Origin: Trypethelium eluteriae
Lineage: Eukaryota
Length of the DNA stretch: 42,586 bases
NCBI GenBank assembly: GCA_051942245.1
Contig: JAVECL010000150.1
Span: 1 to 42,586, forward strand
Reading direction: 5' to 3'
This document shows positions 33,280 to 42,586 of the stretch, one piece after another. The notes under the pieces were generated by a model that searched no databases, was not told where the DNA came from, and saw nothing but the letters and a program-made list of their open reading frames with translations. Position 1 is the first letter of the stretch. Each line of letters begins with the position of its first letter. The translations under genes and the position numbers were made by a program.

Positions 33280-34511
33280 ATGCTTTCCCGTTTATCTCTT
33301 CCAGTTTACGTGATCTACCTCGTCGCTGTCCTTCATTTGTATCTTGATACAGCTCTTTGCGCGCCGACAACAGGACCTGCGAGACCATTAGACGTCTCAC
33401 TTGGGCCTCTTGCTATCCAAGAAGACGAGTTGGCTGCAGAAAAAGGCGCGTGGTTATATACCTCGCTTGCAGAGTATAAGGACGATCTCCTCACCGAGAC
33501 GTTACCTGGTCCTTCCGGAACCGTTACCTCCAGCGGTTAGATCCACTATAGCAATTCGTCTCTGCTGAATCCTAAGACGAAACAGACACCGAGCTGAACT
33601 TCCTTGCGAAAACGGCGTACAATGAGTATCAAGATTATCTTGGAAAGGTAAGGGCCAACCCACTATGAACAACTCATTAAACGTACTGGATACAGTCGCA
33701 AGTAAACGAAAAACATGTCTTTATCACTCATCCTTTGTTCGTAAGCTCTGAAATACTGAAGAATTCTTAGGTTTCAACAAAGTATGGTGTGCAATGGTCT
33801 TCGGCTGACAGTTATCACCGTTCGGCCGTCATGGTCATACTTGCCATCCGCAACCCAAAAAAAGACTCCCAGACTAAGACACTCCTGTTCATCGCATCGT
33901 CGGCAAAAGGCAATAACCTAATGTATGGTCGAGCACCTAACATTCCAGATCCTGTTCCGCAGCTATGGGAGTTCATCACATCGTGCGAGACCAAAGACAA
34001 GACCCAACACCGCAGCGGCGCTTCCTGTGGCGAGCCTAATGCCCTTTCGCTATTTTTCCAATGGGCTCAACGTGAAGGTCTTAAACCTGACGATACTGTG
34101 AGCGCCCTTAAGGGTGCAAAGTCAATTGCTTGGTGGCGCCCCGTCGTTATGCCAAGAGCCAACAAAAATCAGAAGAAAATTCAGCAGCAGAAATACGATG
34201 CTCTCCCCCAAGGCGAATACAAAGATCCATGCTCCAAGAACGACGGTGGAAGGCCAGGCTTCGGCTGCGATGAACTCCTTTCAAAAGCTGGTATCATAAC
34301 CGTACCCATGGTCCAGGAGGACCTGTTTGGCGGGAGTACTCTTGGAGATAAAATTATTGCTACACAAGCTGTTTCTGTTCTGCCTTCTCCAGCATGCGGT
34401 CCGACGAGAAGGTTCAAACGGGCTGTTTCAGGCAACGGAACGTTCGATGAGTCAGCCATAGATACGGAATATTGCAAACTGGACCTTAAAAACTCAACTA
34501 GACGATCTTGA
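33280..34511 (+). CDS. Secreted protein with putative zinc-dependent deaminase-like domain (multi-exon)
   Basis: Signal-like N-terminus ending ALCA|P; intron 33536-33585 leads to DTELNFLAKTAYNEY; donor at 33648; junctions in 33650-33810 unresolved. Last exon has VMVILA, FIASSAKG, HRSGASCGEPNA, SIAW and DPCS...FGCDELL. Confidence 0.7.
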
Positions 34512-36006
34512 CATGCCGTATGTAGCGATAGATTAGTGCTGTCGGTGAGAATCGATTTACTAGTCGTTGTTTGTCAAGTATTAGTTGTTGACAGCATTCT
34601 CTGCTTCGAGGTTTTACAGAACGGTTGCCATGCGGTCTCGCATCTTGTCAATAGAGGCAAGCGGCGAAGTTTCGACGAGGATAAGGCGGTTGGCAACGCT
34701 GTCGAACGCGAATCCGTCATCTAAGCGAAGGATGCTCTGATTACTAGCACGAGTGGGAGCTTCCTCTTCCTCAGCTCCTTATCCTGCTCTTTCCTCTTCA
34801 ACATATGTCAACTTCTAGCAAAACCAGCCAAGTCAGCTTCTGTTTTCGCAGCTTTGATCATTGTCCAGCTTTAGCCGAGCTTCTCACCACGATAATTGAC
34901 ATTAGCCGCTTATGTAACGCTGAGGCAACCCTAATGCAGCCCTGATGCCAATTAGTCAAACATACGCCGTAATATCCGCAGTTACCAGGTCTATTGTTAA
35001 CTAAAATGATCACTGCTACTGCTCGTATTACAGTCCAGCCACTTGGCCTAAGGAATGTCGCTGAGGACAACCTGTCGCGATGGATGATACTGAAGATCTT
35101 TGCAGACCCGTCCGATGCTAGATAGGGCAAAGCGAATTTCGCCAATGACAATACCCAGATCAGAAGAATCGAAGTTCAGGAAGGTTTAGGATTTTTCGTA
35201 CCCATGTTACAAGTGCCAACACTGTCGCGCTGGCATGCAAGATGAGTTACCGCAGCACCAGCTACCACCATCACACCGAAAGTGCGATACCCAGCTCAGC
35301 TTAGTGAGCGGAAATAAATGAAACGCTTTGTCCTTTACGGATATACTCAGCTTGGTAGCTGTCTAGGATATGACTGATTACCTTATCTACCTAAAAAAGA
35401 GAGTTTCTAGGAAATCATTATCATTGCGCAGTCGCGAACACCCTACAGTGTAGTCCCAGGATACTAGGTCTGGACTAAATGTGGACATCTATCTGACAGA
35501 ACACAATATTCAGCTATTTCAAGCTGCTTTGCCTCATAGGGAAGTGCTCAGCTGCTGTTCAGCTGAGGCTGGATCTGTACATAAACAGCTCCACCCCCAT
35601 AGCTCAATCCTCTGAAGCTTTCACCAACTTCGTGTTCCATGAGCGAAATCGATTCGACATTGTAATGGTATCCTGATTTCCACCTTGTGCAGGATCTTCC
35701 AACGCGCATCATGATTTCCACTAGTCTAGAGGCCCAGTTTTGGGATCCCTAACATGGTCGTGTAAGTTTGACAATACATGTCTAAGGACAGCTCGATAGC
35801 GAATGATGCTTAGAATTGGGACGGAGTAAGAGTGAGCAGATCCTGAGCACAGTCGCTGAAGCCTGAACCACATCCGGGTCCCCTGGTTAACAAGACGGGG
35901 TCCAAGTCCCAACAGTAGTATGTGCACGACGGGTGCACTTCATTCTGGTTGATGAAGATTCAATAGGCGATAATACTGAAGTATTCATTCAGGGAACGAA
36001 GGTGTT

Positions 36007-38062
36007 CTAAATGTTGGATGTATCATGAGAACTTTCCGCTAAGACCTCGCTGCCCCAATGCTCGTCAAACGCAAGATTACTAGGAAAGTCAAGATCCATC
36101 CAACCAGGGACGAAGGTATCGAATAAAAAATAAGACTGTGTTTCGGCGTGGGGGTCGATCGAGACTTCAGAATTGCTTGGAGCATCGCTTGCTACTTTGT
36201 TCGCGATACCTCTTAGACGAACTCCGTTTACTGTACGATTTCTTATCCTCAATACCAGTGTCGGTCCCGGGTAGAGACCGTCTTGACTTGCACCTTCCAT
36301 GATCTGGGAAATATTTTTGGCGTAATACGGCCATCGCACCGTGTCTTGATCAATAATTCTGCTGATATTGTCACGTGGATCGGATGCACGTTTCTCCATA
36401 ATTGACATAGCTTTGAATGCGTAAGCTACCCGCAATAACGCTAGAGTTGACATACACCTGATAGACTCATAGTCGATACCAAGGAAGACATCGAGAATTG
36501 AATGGCAATCTTCAACATACGAGAGCAAGCCTCGAATGGAGGTCGGGTTTAGAGATACATGGCGCGTTGGAGAAGAGGCACCGCCACTGGTCGCCAAGGA
36601 AGACAACTCAAGGTGCTGAGTCTCTTCGTCGAAATATATGGAGAATCCATGCAGCTTGCTCCGGTAGAGCCACAAATCCATCTTCATTGTGTCTAGAATG
36701 TATTAGCTTTTGTTAGGGAAATGGAGTGGAGCGCATCTTACAGTTGAATGTTGTTTGACTCACGCTTCTTTCCCAATCCCTTAAGCGCTCATGAAACATG
36801 GCTATATCATGTTTCAAATTGTCTCCTCCCAAAGGCTGTGTTTGGATTCCTCGCTTCATGCTCTCGATGTCTTCTGCAATCAGTTGCAGCTGCATCCATG
36901 TTGCGAGCCGCCTATCATAGTCTCCTGCAGCACGGCGTGCAAAACTATCAAGAAGAGGAGGCATCCATGGGTACAAGACAGCCATGTTTTGTCTATGACA
37001 GCTGATCGAGACTCTTTATTGCAAGTAAGCTCAAGATCGCAGTGAAGACCGAGTACATACCTTGAACAAGTTAGGTAGACTCCCAGTATGACACGGATAA
37101 GTTCCATGCCTTGCTCAGCTAAGTTTGTGGGATCGAGTTGGGAAAGGTTCTGGTTATGAGCATGCCTGGATAAGCGCCCACTTAGATCAAGCTCATTCGC
37201 CATAGTGCTCGCAATATGCGTCCATTGGAAAATGTTCATACGGCTTAAGTCGTCAGGCGGATCAGTCCACATAGCGGAGATTAAGAAGGCTTGTACAAGG
37301 TCGAGACTCTTGTTTCCCAAAATGACAACTTCGTTTGCTAGAAGGCGTATATTCGCTTGATACAAAGTTTTAAATAGCTCTGGCTCGGCAAAGATGCAAG
37401 CTGCTATAATCATGGCAGTGACCGTAAAGGGTTGCGTCGTTTCCATGTCTGCCAACGTTACTCCAGAAGGGACCCCAATAGCTGGACATTGTGGTAGTAG
37501 CGCGGTAGTAAATATCGAAAGTAGCTCCTCCTTCCTTGCGTTGGTGAGCTTTGATGTGGGATAGTCACCTGTATCTATGGTCTCATTGTGGACCGTTTTA
37601 ATTCCGTGATCATGCCGCTCAAGCGAACTACGACACACATGATCAGACGAGTTTTGACTGGGCAAAATGCTTGCATTCAACGACGATACGCCAGAGTATT
37701 CAAAGAATTGTGAAAAGGTATCATTTCTCTGGCTCGGCTTTGGGTAAGGTAGACGATGGCGCGTCAGTCGAATCCACTTACCAAGAGCTAGTAGCGTGGA
37801 TAGGATCGTGATCTGCATCTGTACTATGCAAGTTGGCAGACATCGCACGTACTTGTCTCTCAAGCTCCGCGACGCGCGCACTTGTTCTTTGTCGTGTACG
37901 TGTCTTTGGTATTGGTTTCCAACTGCACTCTAGGCCGCTTGCATAGCATCTTTGGCATTTTTTATGTTCGTCAAGCGTGTCAGTTAGACAGCGTATCTTG
38001 GATCTTCGGCAAGGCTCGCAAGCATGTTTCCCAATGAGACGTTTTTTCGTAGGTCCCAACAT
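36007..38062 (-). CDS. Zn(II)2Cys6 transcription factor with middle homology region (about 4 exons)
   Basis: ACEPCRRSKIRC...KCQRCYASGLEC, RVAELE coiled coil, KSLDLVQAFLI. Introns GTATGT (~37060) and GTAAGA (~36742) splice in frame; the first junction (~37730-37850) is ambiguous. Confidence 0.9.
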
Positions 38063-38192
38063 AGCGCGTTGGAGGAAAAGTCTAGGATACGGAATCTGGA
38101 AGAAGAACTGCCCTCGGAGCTTAAAGCAAATTGAACCGTCCCTCGGACCTTAATTAAGCAGTTTGTATCGTCCGAGCTTGGCACACCAGCAC

Positions 38193-38208
38193 CGGACTGA
38201 GTCAGCCG
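38193..38208. promoter_or_regulatory. CGG-N10-CCG motif enclosing TGAGTCA
   Basis: CGGACTGAGTCAGCCG in the divergent TF/monooxygenase spacer; matches the Zn2Cys6 inverted-triplet and Gcn4/CpcA consensus, but is short enough to occur by chance. Confidence 0.3.
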
Positions 38209-38976
38209 CACTATTCCCGATACCGTACGCTAAGGGAGCTGCAACAAGTCTAGTTCAGCCCATTGGGTTTTCGGTCAAAGAGGGAGGAGATACCAGCCAC
38301 CGCATCCTTTGCCCGAGCCGTAGAATCGAGGGAAACAACACTGAGGATGATGCAGTTATGAGTTTGTCATGAACATAGTGCATCTCGGGATTTTGAAGGA
38401 TATCGTCGTGTAAGTACATCGTGGTTAGGGTGCGCAGGTCTTTCTCGGGATTGTGAACCTTCCCAATGAGCGAGCTGAAGAGGATTCTCTTGCTAATCAT
38501 CACACCACCAAACGATTAGTGCTAAAAGCATATGATTTCCCGAACACAATCGAGACTTCAAGGGCTGCATAGCTCCGAGAAGCTCTGAGCACGTGTTTAC
38601 CTTACTAAAGACTCAGAATGATCAATTTTACGCATGTCAACCCGGTCCGGTCAAGTCATTAGTCTGCGGTAAACAGCCTCTGCAGCTGCAAAGCTTACGG
38701 TGCCAATGAAACGCCGAAGTGGCAACACATAAATCGTTATGGACTCGTGAATCGGAGCACAATGAACTCCGAACCGGACGCTGCTGCGAAAGGCGGACTA
38801 CTTGCGATAATGTATTCACGATTAATCCATCGGGATGCAGAGATCATCACCGAGAAAAGAGATGAGAGGCAATGAGCACCCTGATTGACACATCAACTCC
38901 ACCTAAATAATTTGAAGACAGAGCCCCCTACTCTGAGACACGCACAACTAAGAATATTCTCTGAATTTTCCAAAAT

Positions 38977-40287
38977 ATGCGAGTCATTATCATTGGAGCT
39001 GGACTTGGTGGTCTCTGTCTAGCCCATGGCTTAAAGAAAGCAGGCGTAGAAGTGTATGTATTCGAACGCCAGGTAAGCTGATTGATACTCATATGATTAA
39101 ACGTAGCACCGAAGCTAAAATCGGTTTAGTCAGAGAATCTTAATAATCCATCTGGCTATGGCATTCACATTGACTTGAATGGCAAACAAGCTCTTCGACA
39201 CTGCATACCCTATGAGAGTTGGGTTCGATTTCAGCACGCGAGCACACCGGCTGGAACCCAGCTGTTCTTCCGGGATACCCAGCTACGACTGCTCGCAGAG
39301 AAAGATGACACACGATTTTCCACGATGACTAGAGAGGATGTTGAGCGACGTGGAATAGGCCGCATCGAGTTTCGAGACATTCTACTCGAAGGGTTGAATG
39401 ACTCCACGGCGCCTGTTGTCCGATGGAACAAGAAATTCACGCACTATACTCTCCAACCTGATGATCGTGTGCGCGTCCATTTTGACGATAAAACCAGCGA
39501 AGAGGGTGACATTCTTGTTGGTGCTGACGGCGCAAATTCACGTGTTCGGCAGCAGCTTCTCCCTCACATTAAAAGAGTCGATCTTGGCATCCGAACAATT
39601 GCAGGTCGCTGTGAGATAGATCACGATATCCATCGAGTTATTCCGTCGAGCCTTCTCGATGGCTCCTTGAACAATATAGTACCACATGGGAAAGGTTGGA
39701 TGTTTATTTCTGCGTGGAAACTACCTTTGAGTACTTCCAGGAGCCCTAATACCGAGATACGACAACACATTGTCTGGGCATACGTGACACCACAACAGGA
39801 ATCATATTCTAGCTTCGAGGGATCTTCTTCCCAGAGATTGAAGGACTTTGTGTTGGAAGAAATCAGGGATTGGTCGGCCGGTCTACAAGACCTAGTGAGA
39901 AATTCCGAGATCTCGAACATATCCCATATACCATTGCGCACTATGCCCAAGTTGGAGGCCTGGGAGTCCACCAACGTCACACTCCTCGGCGATGCTATAC
40001 ATAACATGACTCCGATGGCTGGCGTTGGTGCAAACACGGCACTTCGCGATTCTGAACTATTGGCGAAGGTATTGGTAGAGACGTATGAAAAAAGAGGTCA
40101 AGTGGGGGACGCGATCGGTCGCTACGAGAAAGAAATGCGCCTCTACGCAAATAGAGCTGTGCAATTATCTCGACGCAACGCAGAGAATGCTAGTTCTGGG
40201 CAGAGCTTTCAGAGATCATTGTTTCTTTTGCTATTACGAGTAGCGAGATCATGTCCACTTACAATACGAAGGAGGATCGGGTTTTGA
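38977..40287 (+). CDS. FAD-dependent monooxygenase (class A flavoprotein hydroxylase), 417 aa; exons 38977-39072, 39130-40287
   Basis: MRVIIIGAGLGGLCLAHGL (GxGxxG), LVGADGANSRVR (DG motif), VTLLGDAIHNMTPMAGVGANTALRD (GD motif); canonical intron 39073-39129. Confidence 0.93.
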
Positions 40288-40863
40288 ATCCTCCTGTCTG
40301 TTCGCGGTCAGTGAATAAGGTAGTTTTAAGAGAAAAAAAAGGGTGACGATAGTAAAGTGAGTAAAAACACGTTCAAAACCAGCGCACACAGAAAGAGTCT
40401 TACCCTATAAGTCATGGCGTTAATACTTAATAAAGCGAATTAATGGTATTTGGGAAAATTAAATAAGATAATAATACATGTGTACACTTAACTAATAGGA
40501 GTCGAAACTGGCCGAAACGAGAACGGTTTTCCTCAAACGGCAAACCTGATGGCCGATTGACAAGTACAACGATTATTACAATTCTATTGGATATCTTCTA
40601 GGCACACCCAAACCCAGATCAGCCCGATATGACCTCCTGTGCCATCTAGACAGACATTAAATTGCCGGATTGTTGCAGATTCTGCCTCAATTCAGAGTTC
40701 GAGAAAGAAGCTCCCTGATTATGGGTGGGAAACGCGTTGTTAACGATTGTGGTGGTACGTACGATGCGATACACGGCAGTCGGAGCCGAGTCCGCCATCC
40801 ACGACGTCACGCCAGGGCCCGGGCACTTTCTGAGCTCTTCTCTCTCATCTCTTCATTTCCTGT

Positions 40864-42586
40864 ATGCCCTCTATCGCGGACACGAGCTGGTACCTCTGCG
40901 CTCGCTGCTTGCGAGAAAGGTATGGATCCCTCTATGTACAGTGGCCTAGCACACGACGCCCTTTCTCTGCATCTCCGAGATTGCCACAGCCCAAACCAAA
41001 AGTCGTCCGCGGAGATGACGAAGGGAAGCAAGACGGCTTGGAAAGCCGGGCGCAAGAGGAGGAGCAGGGAGCTATGTCACGCCGACTGGCAGATATGAGC
41101 GACGAATCGTTGGAGACTGGTGGCCGCAGCGCACGCAAAGCAGTCGAGGAAGCCGGATTCAATGAAGACCTGAAGCAGCAGCTTGAAGATCGTCTGGTAG
41201 CCGCTCAGTTCAAGGAGGAACACCGCAGCGCTCTCGCGCAAGCTGAATTGCCAGCCAGCACGGGAAATGGGACAAGAGATATTGCCGGAGCCGAGCCATG
41301 GAAGGGCGAGGAAATCATTGAAGATGCAGCGCTGAGAATGCTCGTCGATACGCGCAAGCCTCTTAAGGGACCAGCTCGGATACCTTCGGCGAGAGGATCG
41401 CCGCCAAAGGTCGACACCGCTCGACCGAAAGCGAAAGCGTCATCGGGTGCGAGACTGGCAAGCGCAAGAGAGAAAACATCGTACTATGCGTTCATGAAAG
41501 ATGCAAATATATCGGAAAAGGAACGGGATCAGATACGTAAGGAACTAAAGGAGCGCTTTACGCCAGCCGCACGAGCCGTGCCCGCGACGATTCAGGGACT
41601 AGCTTCTCTTGCAAACGAGCGCATTGAAGATGCAATAGCAAGAGGTCAATTCAAAAATCTCCCGCGTGGGAAGGTGATCGAACGCGACTACAACGCCAGC
41701 AGCCCGTTTCTTGACACCACTGTAAGTTCATCATATCACCACTGCGCCTAGGCTGCGTACTGATCGTAGTAGGAATATTTCATGAATAAGATCATTCAGA
41801 AGCAAGAAATAGTCCCACCCTGGATTGAGAAACAACAGGAGCTTGTCGCCACGGCTACTAGGTTCAGAGGCAGACTGAGGTCCGATTGGAAGCGACACGC
41901 GGCAAGAGTCATTGCAAGCTACGGAGGCTCTCTACAGGAACAAGTCCGAAGGGCCGAGTCCTACGCCATAGCGGAAGCCATGTACAACCCATCAAAGCGA
42001 AAAGAGGAGAAGCTTAACGCCGTCGACGATCAAGGGCACCTCTCCCAAATCACTCTTGCCGGTGAGCTCAAGGCCGACGGAGGTCAGGCTTCGTCCAGCG
42101 CTGCACGGTCCGACATCACTATTACTGAAACCACAGTGGAAGACAAGACCTCGCAGGCCTCGAAACCCTCCGAGACTGCACCTCAGAGCAGCAATCACAC
42201 TGCTCCACCGGACCTCGCCGACACCTCTCCGTCACCCGCATCCAGCAGCACTCCATCACAGCCCGAACCAAGCATCCCAGCTGCCAACCCTCCTCCTCCT
42301 CCTCCTCCCGCCCTCTTCCGCGATCCCACCTGGGAACGCAACGAGCACTCCTACCACACCCTCGCGATCAACGACCTCAACTCCCTCACCCGCTCCTACA
42401 ACCTCATGGCTCCGAATATCGCCAAGAAGCCGTACTTCGCGCTCGACCGCGAGCTCGCGAGCTGCTTCATGGACGTCGCGCCTCTGCTCCCTCAGGAACT
42501 GCGGGAAAGGGCCGCCGCGCCGCCGATGAAGGCGAAGCTGGAGGTCTCGGGGAAGACGGCCGGGGGCGTGTTGGCGGGGTTGGGAG
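40864..42586 (+). CDS. Conserved DUF1992 (DNAJC28-like domain) protein, possibly mitochondrial; runs off the right edge
   Basis: LASLANERIEDAIARGQFKNLPRGK; intron 41722-41772 gives DTTEYFMNKIIQKQEIVPPWIEKQ; later NSLTRSYNLMAP; Arg/Ser-rich N-terminus. Confidence 0.88.

Noticed and set aside
34560..35160. Charged, coding-like minus-strand stretch
   Set aside because: Multiple stops and no recognisable domain.
1..42586. Starship element
   Set aside because: The cargo is compatible, but no DUF3435 captain or element boundary is recognisable in the window.

Overview
Filamentous ascomycete genomic DNA (short GT-AG introns with CTRAC-type branch sites; HET, NLR, Zn2Cys6, RTA1 and DUF2985 genes). 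The window starts in a RIP-like AT-rich transposon relic (1-~310), crosses about 40 kb of accessory-type sequence, and ends in a conserved, GC-rich DUF1992 gene. The core is an immunity-like cluster at 14-25.4 kb. A CCCH-zinc-finger / triple CbbX-type AAA+ / HET fusion gene lies head-to-head with an NB-ARC-TPR NLR that has no N-terminal effector domain, with a 201-bp MITE between them, and a second intact HET-like gene follows. The fusion and the NLR each carry exactly one in-frame premature stop. Around the cluster are two pairs of paralogous secreted Kex2-type proteins, a secreted protein with deaminase-like CxE...PC..C motifs, an F-box gene bracketed by a diverged direct repeat, an RTA1 gene, a frameshifted CE3 esterase, a degenerate CorA-like gene and a Zn2Cys6 / FAD-monooxygenase divergent pair. 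All family calls come from reading motifs by eye; no database search was run.
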